NCBI GenBank assembly: GCA_964247055.1
Contig: OZ176057.1
Coordinates: forward strand, 2,728,001 to 2,792,000
Reading direction: 5' to 3'
Length of the DNA stretch: 64,000 bases
DNA from: Paragordius varius
Lineage: Eukaryota > Animalia > Nematomorpha
The notes beneath the pieces are model-generated. The model searched no databases, was not told the DNA's origin, and saw only the letters and a program-made list of their open reading frames with translations. Position numbers and translations under genes: made by a program. Positions 50,601-63,334 of the stretch are shown in pieces; the stretch's first letter is position 1; every line of letters begins with the position of its first letter.

Positions 50601-53600
50601 GTAAATCCTTTAGAACGGGCAATAATTCAATCAGGAAAATGGCTTGAATTATACGAGAAAACGAGGGGGCCACACTTGATAACGCCTGTATAACAGGGGC
50701 AAAATTGTGTGCGGATTGAAGGTTAGATTCAATTTGTTTGATACCTTGTTTCTGAGAAATTATTAAATGTATAAATTCAAATTTATTGTCTAAACTAAAA
50801 ACTCCCATTCTTAAACATTTTAAGTGGATACCTGGGTTTGTTCGGTTAAAATGTATAGTTTGTAAGATTGTAATATGAACTTTCAAATTACCTGCCCAGT
50901 TAAAAACTTTAAATTCACATTCTTAAACTTTAAAAGCTCAGTAATTAATTAATTATTTTGTTTTTAAAATATTATGTAAGGTAATATACAGATCATTTCA
51001 AATCCAATTTATACACTTCGAATTCATTCTTAAATATTTGCAGTTTCCCTAGAATATTGGTTTTATGATTTGTTAGTGTGATATTATGTAATGTAATATA
51101 CACTAATGTAATGTAAAATTAATTGGTTTGCATTTCTCCAAATTTATCTTTAAAACACTTTAAATTTTACCAGCAAAACTAGATATAAACTTGGGAAAGT
51201 AAAAATTTAACATATTAACATTTAAACATTTCCCGTTGAATTTGTGTTTCATTTCAAGAAACAAGCTTAAGTATTTTTTGCAATCCTTTCTGTTTTACAA
51301 TATAAATAAAAATGTAAATTAATAGTATCAATCAAAAATATAGCTAATTATTAAAGGTGATTTCCACAAAAATTTGGCATATAATTTAGTTCAAAAATCC
51401 TATTATGTGTGTACCAAAAAAGCTGAAGCCAAATTATATTCCAAATATCGGAGACATTTTTCATGAGCGCTCATATTGGCGCATTGGAGTAAAAACTCAT
51501 TTTCCATGATTTCTTCGGTCACGTGGTCTGGCATCACGTGCTCTGAATCAAAATTATTATTATGGTTTATGTTAATTATGGGTTGTTGTTGACCGTTAAA
51601 ATTAAATATTTCACACAGGCGTAAAGGTTTACATGTTTTACCCAAATATGATATAGGATCACCTTTAAACAAAACATAAAAAATGCTTTAAAAAATTATT
51701 TAAAAGAAACGTTAAAAACTACTATTGAGACGCCATTAAAATGCATCATGCAAATAATTCATACCCCGAAGAAATGTAATGAATTTTTCAATTTTTTCCA
51801 TCAAATGTGAAGCATTTAGGGCCGAGAGAGTATTTACATTCATATTTATGATACGGCGGATTTCAATTTTATACTTTTTGACCTGGAGATGTAGAAATAT
51901 AATTATATTAGCAAAATAAAATTAAATGATAGTTTATTTGTAGTTAATTCAAAAATTTAATCATTCTACTTAGAACTGTTTTATATAATCTTCTTGAAGA
52001 TTTAAACAGTTTACGTATTAAAAGGGGGAAGTTTTAGTATAAATTATATCCATTAATTTTAAATAAAAAACTTATATATACATAATGGTAATGAACGGAT
52101 TGGTTATGTTTTGTAATAACATTTGTTAAAATCCGTAATATAATGATAAAGGATAATTAATTAAATGAAATTATAAATAGAAATTATAAACGATATGTGA
52201 AACCCTTCGTCAATAGTAATCGCAGACTAGTTTCGTGCTTGTTAGCACTCATCAGTACGACACAACTATTTGACTTGGGGTTTTCACATATCGATTTCGT
52301 ATATATATCCAACTTTGCAATTTTGGTATAAATGCAGTTGGTTATACGAATTTAAATTAAATTTAATATAATTTATGAAAATTAAACTGAAAATTTGAAA
52401 ATAAACTGAAAATTAATTCTAGAGGTGAGCCTAGATTTAGAGTATAGCTACTTAGGGATTTCATAGAAATCAATTTAATAACTAAGAAGCACTCTATTAT
52501 GATAAGAAACATAAGATAAAGATGATATTGTAATGGTAATGAACGGATTGGTTATGTTTTGTAATAACATTTGTTAAAATCCGTAATATAATGATAAAGG
52601 ATAATTAATTAAATGAAATTATAAATAGAAATTATAAACGATATGTGCATTGTGAAAAAAGATTTATGCCACATGCGCCATACCAAATTGTAACGGTTTC
52701 TTTTAAGACACTTTTTTTGTCCATTAGATCAATTTTAATAAAAAATGATTAAAAGTCACATATTTAGTTCAATTTATTTTATTTTAAATTATTTTAAGTT
52801 TATTTTTTTACATAACTTCATGGGTGGATATTTAAGATTATAAATTTATTTTTTTATGTTATTTACGACGTATATAAGATTTGTATTTTACAAACTTTCC
52901 TCGTTACCCACATAATTAAATTAATTTTACCATTGTGATCAAAAAATAATATGTTCAAGTGTAATAACTTATTTTTAAAATAAAAACTTCCGATATAAGT
53001 GGACCCTAAAATAATATACGGGAAACCTCTTCTCGGTCACACATTTCAACAGGATCTACGATATGTTCTTTAATAACTCTGAGATAACACATAAGCCGAA
53101 TCATCTCATTTGTAACGGTTTTATAATAAAATGCATATGGAGGGCAGGAACTATTCTCTATTGAATTTTTATGAATGGTCATTTCCTCAAAATCATTGGT
53201 TTCGTCTGCTACATGGTTAATGTGATCGTCTGCTATGCCTTTCTTAATTTCCCCAGACTCGACTTCCAAAAAGTTTTTTGATAAACCAGTGGTGCTGATT
53301 GCAATTGAATATTTTTCTGGAACATTTGCAAGTGGTGTGAAAGAAAAATTGGGAAGTTTCTCGGGGATTGATTCCGTCGTATACGATGGTAAATCGGCAA
53401 TAGGAATAGGTGGAGCAATATCTTGTATATCAAGCGTTGATCTGGGATAGATTATAGAGGTATTGGTGTGGGTTGCAATATTTTCGGTCAGAATAGGGGA
53501 TTTAACCGTGATTTGGCTTTCATTTACTAACTGAGTTACAAGATCATGATTTGTATCATCACAATGAGACTTTTGTGTATAATATTGACTAACTGGAATA

Positions 53601-53845
53601 ATAATTTTATCTAATATATCAAGATTGTTTATCGACGAAATATTGTCTGGAGGTTCAATTTTTATTGTGTAGTCTATATCGAGAGGAAAATCAATAGGAT
53701 GATTTTCTTTTAATATATATGTAGCTTCATCATTTAAACGGGATTTCCAAAATTCTTTGTATAATTTTGCTTTCTCTTCACGCGTAGTACGCCTTATTCG
53801 GGCAAACTCTTCCCTTAGTTTAATTTTGTACGATTCAAAAGTCAT
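47604..53845 (-). CDS. GLE1: GLE1-like mRNA export factor, divergent; last about 40-60 codons not assigned
   Basis: Phase-consistent GT-AG exons: 53027-53845, 51765-51882, 51415-51662, 50538-50751, 49381-49560, 48445-48544, 47604-47779. Colinear by-eye match to human GLE1: KKYKIEIRRIINMNVNTLSALNASHLMEKIEKFITFLRGDP vs [57 protein letters not shown] vs LDFVQYKLAEKFVKQG; ARKCKGTVQLY vs LKRMSGMIRLY; LWFLFSLSLN vs GWRWLAQILN; YKGQALKL vs YQVQFWKM. Confidence 0.8.
48158..48378. mobile_element. MITE family C, right end truncated
   Basis: tata-ccattacaaattcacccttaaac ... gaatttgaa. Confidence 0.6.
49089..49369. mobile_element. MITE family C
   Basis: ccattaac...aaattcgcccttc ... gggtgaatttaaagcgtaaatgg. 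Confidence 0.7.
52083..52647 (-). mobile_element. Non-autonomous Penelope-like/retrozyme-like element with direct pLTR-like repeats
   Basis: Identical 117-bp direct repeats at 52083-52199 and 52531-52647 (period 448 bp), hammerhead immediately after the first; homologous to 23650-24022. Confidence 0.75.
52213..52269 (-). ncRNA. Type I minimal hammerhead ribozyme, second copy
   Basis: Same as the 23764 copy except helix I 3' strand TGCG instead of TACG, which keeps pairing as a U-G wobble. Confidence 0.9.
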
Positions 53846-54164
53846 GCGGAACTTTTTCGATTATGCGAGACATATGATATATTTTTTATTTTAAAACTCC
53901 ATCGTTATTTTTTGTATTATATTTTGGTTTTTTACACCGAGCCTTTGAATAAATTAGTTAAATATTGTTTGGAATATATAATGTATGAACTTTAGTATTG
54001 AAAAACCTATATTACTTTTTAATTTCTAAACCCGAATTCTGTTACCTCCCAAAAATAATTAAAATTAACAGCGGTTTTTATCAATTATTATAAAAAAATA
54101 TGATAAATTGTAGTTTGTAACTTCTTCAATAATTATTAACATTTATTAACCATAATAAACATCT

Positions 54165-54725
54165 TTAACACTTCGATTCAAATTGGGGTATCCAAATACC
54201 CCAGACTAAATTTGATTCAAGGTTTTTAAAAAACTACTGAATGAAACGGTCCCAGTTTAAATTTATGCTTCTACCCTAATAAAAATTATATATATATGCC
54301 AAAATATCCAATTAAAATTTTGTTTTGAAAAAAAAGTTCCATGTCAAACTGCTTCGCCGCCATTTCTATTTTACAAAAGTTTTGCAAAATATCGCCTTCA
54401 TTTAATTTGAAGGTAAAATTAAGGCTAATTTTTTATTTAAATTACATTTAACATTGATAGAAATGGAAAAAGCGGTTTATTTGGTATTATTTTTCAATTT
54501 TACCAGTGCACACATTTCACGGTGACCAATTTTTACCTTTCGATTTTATCTGAAAATAAGTAATATCAAGTATTTTTGAATAAATTTTTTTATATATTTC
54601 GGTTTATTAATGTTATATAAGTGCAAAATTTTGCCATGGTTTCGATTCCTTCCATATTTTTTGAAGAATTTAATTTTAAACAGGCCTGGGGTATTTAACT
54701 ACCCCAATTTGAATCGAAGGACTAA
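54165..54725 (+). mobile_element. Family B element between the GLE1-like and PSMA4 start codons
   Basis: ttaacacttcgattcaaattggggtatccaaatacccc ... ggggtatttaactaccccaatttgaatcgaagg. Confidence 0.8.
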
Positions 54726-55099
54726 AATGAATTTGTTGTATCCAAGTGTTAAAATAAAATGCGGAATTTATCAAAAATTGGGCATAATTTTTTTAAACAC
54801 TAAAAGTTAAAGACAGATATTTTGAATTTTAATTTAATTTTTTAAGTAACGAAATTTTAAATGGTTTGGCGCAAACTCACGCCAAAAGATTAGGAAGTAA
54901 TAAGTGGAACCTATGTAATTTTACTATATTACTTTCTTTCAAATCCTTTCCTATTTTTCGTAAATATGAATGCTAATTAATGCTGTGAATAACCGAATTT
55001 TAAATAGGTTTGTTTCCCTTAGATTTTCAATTTTCCAATAACGTTTAAATTATAATATTATCATCTGTAAAATAATTTTCACATAGGATAATCCATAAC

Positions 55100-58000
55100 A
55101 TGGTAAAATTAAATTTTATTTTTTAGTCTCGTCGATATGATACTCGAACTACAATCTTTTCTCCCGAAGGTTTCTTAATTTTTACATTTCTTTAAATTAT
55201 AGGTCGTCTTTATCAAGTTGAATATGCCATGGAAGCGATTAGTCAAGCGGGTATTTGTCTTGGAATTTTAACGAATGATGGTATTTTGCTTGCGGCCGAG
55301 CAACGAAATATAAATAAACTTTTGGATGAAAGCCATTTTTCGGAAAAAATTTTCCTAATTGATGAGTAAAGAAATATATAATTTATAAAACATCTATTTA
55401 TAATAGTATTAATTCAAATTGAGAATGCGCGGATATTTAATGTCAAAACTTTTCCTATGTAATAAAATGTAACAACATCTTGAATTTTATTTAATAAACG
55501 TGTCATAAGTTGCTTAAATAAAAATTATAAATTTAAAATATGTCAACTGTTTAATTTAAGTTTTTAATCAGTTAATTTTGTTTTTAATTTAAAAAATTAG
55601 ATATAATCTTATAGGTTATATTAATTTTTAACCAATTTTACAAAATTATTGTATTTTGGTTATGTTTTAATTTTTTTAAAAAAAATCATTAAAAAATTTA
55701 TTTTTAAAAAATATTTTTATAGAGATATTGTTTGTTCAGTCGCTGGAATTACCTCGGATGCCAATGTTCTGATTGATGAATTGCGGTTAATTGCTCAAAG
55801 GTATATATAAATTTTAACACTTTTTTTTATTTTTTCGTAAAGGAATATATAAATTTTCTTTTATTAATTGTATATGGATTTTTAACTTTGAGAATTAAAA
55901 TTGGTAATAATTACAAATCAGAACGCAAAGTGAGTTAATGTTTTTTAAATAAAATTCTGACACCTTATATTTTAAACTTTATGATTTATTTTAATATTTT
56001 TTAAGTTGTATAACATTAAGATTAAGTGTGTTATCTTGTTCGATTTCTATAACTTATTTCTTAAGCCAAAACGGTAAGATATAATTAAAACATGTTAATT
56101 TGGTTGTTTTCTAACAAAGTATATTAGTTTTTTATTTTTTTAATCTCTCTTTATTATATTCAACCGATAAACCAAAAACTTTATATGAATAATTTTTTAT
56201 TAAACTTTTTTTAAATTATTATGTTTTTTTCTCGTTAAAATTTTGATTTTTACTTCATTAATAATATCGGAACTGGACACATTAACGGTTACATACCTTA
56301 TATTTTAGTTGACAATTTAGTTTAAGTTTTGTTTAAGTTTAAATTTGTTTTAAAAACTGTAACTTAATTTTTAACTTTATTTACAATATTAAAAAAATTC
56401 CCGCTTTATTTTAAAAAATATTTCAATATGATATATAAAATATTGGAATAACCGGACACAAAAGCTTTTCCCAATTTATCCATAAAACAAAAATTTTTTG
56501 ATTTGAAAAATTATTTACTTTTTTCAAATAAAACTTTCTTTTTTTTTATATTAAACTTTATTTTTGACCTATCTATGTTAGATATCGTTTACAATGGGGT
56601 GGTCCCATGCCCTGTGAGCAGTTGGTCCGATGGTTGTGTGATATTAAACAGGCTTACACGCAATACGGAGGTACATTGGCAATTATTGTTCTTTTAGGAG
56701 GAAAAAAAATATATTTGAGTTAAAAAATTTTTAATAAAAGATGTCATTTTAAATTGTATAAATAAAGAATATATATAACTTTTATACTTTTTGAATAACT
56801 AACTTTTATAATAGACTTGTAGCGAGTTTACATATTTTGTAACAATGCGTAAAATATGATAAGAATAAGTACCAAAAATATATAAATCAGCTGATCATAA
56901 GTAATATAATTTTTTGTAAAAATGGATTAATTTTTTGACGGGCACCTAAAGTATATTTTATATACGTTAGTTTTAAGCAAAATATAATATTAATATAAGC
57001 TTTATATTTACTTAAATCAATCAATCTTTTAATTAAACTTAGTGTGATGATCATTTTAATACATGTCTTAAGCAAAACTATATCTTTTATTTAACCTGCG
57101 CTTGTTTTAGCTATAGATTTTGTATTGAAAATAGGCTATATTTTAATAAAGTTAAAATTTCTAAACCTCTAAAACAGGGCTGTCCAACACAGATGTTTCG
57201 CCTGTTACACTTTGATAATTTTTAGTTTTTTATCATTATATTGAGCTCAAATTTGGATGATATATCTTTTAAATTATAGTAAATGTTTGATTTAAATCCA
57301 ATTTTTAATTTTTTAACATTTTTAAGAGGACTTTTGCTCACAGAACAAAGCGTGTTGGACGCCCTTGCTCTAAAAAATACATCCCGATTTTTTTAACAGT
57401 TTAAAGAGTAAAATATTGGCTAACTGCAAGAGAAAATGAAAATTATTTTTTTTCCGTAATACCAAAGTAAAGCCAAAAATATCTCTTTATTGTAAAAGTT
57501 AACTCATATTTTAAAATAACAAGTAAGAAACTATTGTATATATTTGATTAATACGGTATTTGTTAATGTATAAGTAGATACAACACATTCAACAAGGGTC
57601 ATATATGAATTTACTACATCTTTTTTTAACCATGTGCTAATCTTTTTTTTCATTTGGATATTCTCATTAGTTTTTTCATATTAATCATTTATTAATATTA
57701 ATGTATATATATATACCATTTACAGTTCAAATTCTCCCTTGTTTTCGAACTAATCCAACTCATTATTAATATGAAATATATCTTTATGGCATAGTTTATT
57801 ATTCTTTCAGTATTATTTTAATTTAAAACAAAGTTTTTTTAAAAAAATATAATATAGGTAATTTTTAATCTTAAAAAACATATATTTCAATCGAAGGTGA
57901 ATTTGAATTGTTCAAGGGTGAATTTGAATTGTTCGAGGGTGAATTTGAATTGTTCGAGGGTGAATTTGAATTGTAAATGGTATATATATATAAATAAATA

Positions 58001-59283
58001 ATATCAATTCAAGGAAAACGGCCTTTCGGCATTTCAATTTTGTATGCGGGTTGGGACCGTCAATTCGGGTATCAGCTGTATCAGAGTGACCCTTCGGGAA
58101 ATTATAGCGGTTGGAAAGCTATATGCACTGGAAACAATAGTGCGGTATGATATCAATATAAAATTAAATTTATCAAGGGCGTAGGGGGATTTTTTTTATC
58201 TTATATCAATCGTAAAACAAGAATATTAACAGATTCATTTTTTATTGAAATTATGATAAATTCAATTTTTATAACGTACAGTAAAACCATTCGTTCATAA
58301 TTATTGCGATTTTGTGGAAAACACCACTATTTAAACCTTACCATAATTACTCAATCAAATATATTCATTGGTAGAATAAACTAAATATTTTAGTAAAAAA
58401 ACGTTTTAAAAAGCGATAGAACTGAATATTTTTATTCCATATGTGAAGGCTGCCATGTCCATCCTTAAGCAAGATTATACAAATGTTAATGAAATGACCT
58501 TAGCAAAAGCTCTTGAGCTAACTATGAAAGTTTTGCATAAAACTTTTGATGCTAATAAAATAACAGCTGACAGAAGTACGATTTTTTTATTTTTATTTCT
58601 TAATTATTGCGGTTTTAGGGTTTTACTAAGTTTGAGAAATGAGGGAAATAGTTAACATAGAAATTTTTATAATTTTTTATTTTTCTTAACTTAAAAAAAA
58701 TATTTTTGTATGAAACTAAATTTTGTTTAAGAGAGCTTAATTTAAAGATTTGATATTTTTATTCTGTGGTATCATTATGTGCGATACAATGCACAATAAT
58801 AAGTTAAATTTCTTTACTATTTTTTTATTCTTAATAAAATTAAACATTTTCATTTATCTTGGCTTTTTTCTTATAAAATCTCATTGTATTGCATTAAATT
58901 TTCTAAATAAAGTGTGAAATACTTTTAATTATTAATCCCTCTTTAAACATACCCTAAGATGTAACACATCTTATGATTGCCAAAATAATTTGATGGTAAA
59001 TTTCAACAATATTTTATTAAAATAAATTTTTTATTTTTAATAAAATTTCACAGTTGAAATTGCAACTTTAACGCGAGATACTAGCGTTACCCCAACAGTT
59101 ACGCGTATTAAAACACTCACAAAACCTGAAGTAGAAAAGGCCATAGCCAAATTCGAAGCGGATGAAATACAACGGGAAAAGGAACGTGAACGAGACCGCG
59201 AAAAAAGTACCGCTAAGCAATCAGCTGATACGGCATCATCCGCTAAAACCGGTTCCGGGTCTGGACCCGGTTACAATAATTGA
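55100..59283 (+). CDS. PSMA4: Proteasome subunit alpha type-4 (alpha3)
   Basis: Exons 55100-55102 (ATG), 55127-55169, 55203-55365, 55723-55800, 56582-56670, 58014-58144, 58449-58575, 59054-59283. [32 protein letters not shown]...[13 protein letters not shown]...[14 protein letters not shown]...[14 protein letters not shown]. Confidence 0.96.
57175..57367. mobile_element. Family A hAT MITE
   Basis: cagggctgtccaacac ... gtgttggacgcccttg; perfect 8-bp TSD ctctaaaa on both sides. Confidence 0.88.
57716..57980. mobile_element. MITE family C
   Basis: (ta)n-ccatttacag ... tandem gggtgaatttgaattgttc repeats ... ttgtaaatgg-(ta)n. Confidence 0.82.
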
Positions 59284-59415
59284 TGATGAAAACTGCTGAT
59301 ATATTATTTGTGAAATTATGTTTATGATATGATTGTTTATTCATTTTATACCATACATGTATGAACTACTTTTACTCCAAATAAATTATGAAAACGGTAA
59401 TTTTTAATATGTATA

Positions 59416-59656
59416 CCATTTATAGCTCAAATTTACCCTCGAACAATTCGTATTCATTTTAAAAATAACATTTTTATGGCATAGTTTATTATTTTTTCAG
59501 TATTATTTTAATTTAAAATACAATTTCATTTTTTAAAAACGTATGTAATTATAGGTAATTTTTAATTTTAAAAAACATATAATTTATTTGAGGGTGAATT
59601 TAAATTGTTTAAGGGTGAATTTGAATTGTTTAAGGGTGAATTTGAAGTGTAAATGG
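59416..59656. mobile_element. MITE family C
   Basis: tata-ccatttatag ... gtgtaaatgg-tata. Confidence 0.8.
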
Positions 59657-61021
59657 TATATTTATATTTAAGTTGCTGAGTTTAAAACTAATAAAAATAT
59701 GGATTGGTTACTATAACGTTAATTCGTTATTTTTAAAATTTTATTATATTTAATGCATGAAATATTAGAGTTGGTACTAGCACTGACTTGAATTTTCAAA
59801 TAAAACTAACTCATTTTTTACTAATATCTCAATCTAATTTGGTTTTCCAAACAATAATTTTCAAACACCCCTTGTTGTTTATTTAATAAAAGGTTTAAAA
59901 ATGTTATCATTTGAATGGAACATTTATAAAATCGAATATTAGGATATACGTAAATACAAATTGTAATAAGGATTTATCTGTTTAAAATATTTTCAATTTC
60001 CTCATTTTGGAGGCAAAAACTTTAAGGTCTTAATATCAGATGATTTAATATATATTTTACCCTATAAAAAGTCACATACTTTTACTAGAGTGAAATATTC
60101 ATGGCTAACTTAACTTACTTATTACCAGATAGTATTTCTATATTAAATCAAGAGAATGTTTGATTTATATGTATAAAACTTATGTTTTTTTCGTTATTTT
60201 ACCTTTAATCAATTGATTATTTAATGGAATCCGGAATTGTATTTGATATTTTATGTGGGGGGGTTTCATATCTAATTACATTTGCAAGCTAATATAAAAT
60301 TTATTTATTATTTACTTTATTGGGTCGGTTAAAAAATATTTTTTTCTTAAATAGAAAATACTGTAAAAAATAGCAGTTTTTAATCATTACTATATGTTAA
60401 TCACAAGCTTGGCTTAATTGAGCTAGGGAAGGGTCACTTGAATAACCATTTATACCTAGAAATACTTAACAAATAACTGAAAAATAGAAGTTTAGAAAAA
60501 TTAATCTTGAATCAGTATTATAGAATACAAACTGTAATTATATAACCACATCATAAGGAATAAGACTCGATTTCATTTTTTTTGAAAATTCTTTTATAAC
60601 GTATTTGTTAATAATCACTCCTAAAACCGCTTTTATATGGAAAGGAAACCAAAGAAAAATCAAAATATTATATTTTTTGCTAAAATTTGCTTTCAATAAA
60701 TCATATTACCCATAGTGGCATATTTATTTTGACAGTTTAAAGGTCGAAATTGATTATAATAAATAAAAAAAATGTTTAATACCAAAGGCGATTGATTAAA
60801 TACAATTAAACATTATTCTGCATCATATATTTATTAGGCTTGGATTGCTAAGTGCCATTATTTAGAATAGTTAAATGATCACTGCCATTTCACATTCAAG
60901 ATTATTTATCCCGTCGCATAGCAATAATTATATTGAATATTTACATTTCGTTATTATATATCTTTCCAGTGGCTATAAACTCATAAATTAGAATTCTTTG
61001 GTTGGCTATGACATTCATTAT

Positions 61022-61328
61022 CAGGGGTGTATAAATTGCGGCCCTCAAAAAATCTTTTTTAGGACCCGTAAAAAATATAGAAAACTATAGTTTTAAAAAA
61101 ATATTGGCAAAATTTTAATAAAATTGATATTTTATCTACGTGTCATAAAAAGATTGCTACATTGTGACCAAGGTTAAATAAGTAATACTTATGTCCTTAT
61201 GCTTATCTTTTTGAATAAATATCAAAATCATACTATCATCATAAGTCTGCTCCTCTATTAGACTTTTTCAAATTCGGCCCGCCGTTTTTTGAGTTAATTC
61301 ATGAAGCCCTTAGTTTTGGAGACCCGCG
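61022..61328. mobile_element. Family A hAT MITE, degraded
   Basis: caggggtgtataaattgcggccc ... ttcggcccgcc...ttttggagacccgcg. Confidence 0.6.
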
Positions 61329-61347
61329 TTTATTTATTAAAAATAAA

Positions 61348-61466
61348 AAAGTTACGACACCCGGGATTCCCAGGCGGTCACCCATCCAAGTACTAACCGG
61401 GCTCAACGTTGATTAACTTCGGTGTTCGGAAGGGAACCGGTGCTTTCAACGTGATATGGTCGTAAC
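61348..61466 (-). rRNA. 5S rRNA gene, solitary copy (possibly a pseudogene)
   Basis: GTTACGACCATATCACGTTGAAAGCACCGGTT...GTTAGTACTTGGATGGGTGACCGCCTGGGAATCCCGGGTGTCGTAAC followed by T6; terminal helix pairs. Confidence 0.92.
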
Positions 61467-62199
61467 ATGATATGAAGGAAAAAGTATGGTATATTTGTTA
61501 CAAACATTATAATATACCAAATGTTTTATAGAAGTTATTTTAATGACTGATTACAGTCGAGGTCAGCTTTGTGCAATGTTTGGCAATACTTTTGTATAAA
61601 TTGTAGTTAGCGTTAATACTTTTCTTCCAAGGATAATTTGATGTTTAGTTAATGTGACCAGATAGGCTGTTTTTCGCAGTACAGTACTGGGTTTTCAGAA
61701 AAACACTGCGCCTGTACTGCGCCCACTTTTGTACTTCTTTTTGAAATTGAAAAAAATTAATTTTTTAAAAATATTCATTTTGAAAAAAAATTATTTTAGA
61801 ATTTAATATAGTACCCCTCTGTAAAAATAACCCCATAATTTGTAAAGAAATAATTCATTTTACGGTAAAAATTAAGATTGACCTATTTTTAATTGGTTAA
61901 TATTTTATTTTCTGCTCGAATTATACATATTGGGTTTTGGATCGGTCAAACCGCTTAGGATTGCAGCCTTTGCAGTGGCGAAACTATAAATTTCCCGCTC
62001 CACCGTAAGATTCAGGCTAAAGGCTTTTTCACTTAGGGCATCTGCAAAAAGAGGTTTCAAATTAATATTAATAAAATTAATTTATGATATTTTAATTATT
62101 TAATCAGGTTAAGAAAGTTCATTTTTTGTTAAAATTATCAAATGGGAAATTATATAGAAAATTGTATTCCCGTAACATATTATTCAAAATTTATTATAT

Positions 62200-62830
62200 A
62201 TGGCTAAAATGACCAGATTTTTTGAAAGAAAAAGCGGGACAAATTCGAGAAGGGGGGGTCATTGGGGGGTACAACCAAAAATTTTTATACAAAAAATTTA
62301 TTGTAATATTTATTTATTTTTAACACAAATACATTATAAATATAAAAAATTTGTACCTCACAGGTTGTTTGTACCTTATTCAATAAATTTACATGTGCAC
62401 GAACAAAGGGTGAAGTGATTGTAATATTCTAGAAAAAAATATTAAAGACGAAATCATCACAAAGTGCGCTGGGTGATGCAAGAAGCGGCACAAAAAATAT
62501 TTTTAACAATTTAGCGAATAATTTTAATCAAAACATTATTGGCAGATACACAACGCTATTCAAACAGCTACTGATTTGTTACCCCTGGATGTGGAAAATA
62601 TAGATGTTAAAATGCTTGGATATTGTAGAACTGTTGGTTAGCTATTTTGCCAGCGATTGAAATATTTATAAAAATGTGATCTCCTAGAATCCTATTTTTT
62701 ATCACAGGACAAAGGTCATTCCAAGTCAAAAAAGGTTAGAAAATAATTTTATACCATTACCTAATCGCAATATTATAAAGCATCCAGAAAAACAAGGCTC
62801 AATGAATAGCCAAAATATAAAATTTTTATA
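62200..62830 (+). pseudogene. Decayed hAT element left end and transposase fragment
   Basis: End-like tgaccagattttttgaaagaaaaagcgggacaa; broken translation IHNAIQTATDLLPLDVENI, WLAILPAIE, ESYFLSQDK. Confidence 0.6.
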
Positions 62831-63334
62831 CAAACAGAAACGATTATTTGGAAGACAAGACGGTGCACAATGACACTTTTTTATGAAGTCTCATTATTAA
62901 ATAAATATATTGAATGAAAACTTATATTATGGACAACAGAAAAAAATACGTAGGATAGAAATGGTTAAAATAATCATTTTTAAACAAATTATGTTCCATA
63001 CAATAAATTTTAATTTTAGAATTTGCATTATCTTAACCTGAACCACTGCTAGTGAACGCGTTTTTCCACACTAAATTAAGTAAGGACACGGAATCAAATT
63101 TAAATGTTGAATAAAAGCGATTTTATGTGTTCAAATATAATTTGACAAATTATGAAGACTTATACAATATTTTAAGTAATTTTGTTTATTTTTAACATAA
63201 AAACTTTGTAAATATAAGAAAATATTGTATTCTTTGGTATATTTTTTGTTCGAGTGAATGCGTTTTAGCAGATTGTCATCATATTTTAAAATATTGTAGA
63301 AGTCTTCACAAGAATTTGTCAAATTATATTTGAC

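Noticed and set aside
57890-57980. Short regular repeats resembling a CRISPR array
   Set aside because: Contiguous 19-bp units without unique spacers, inside a eukaryotic MITE.
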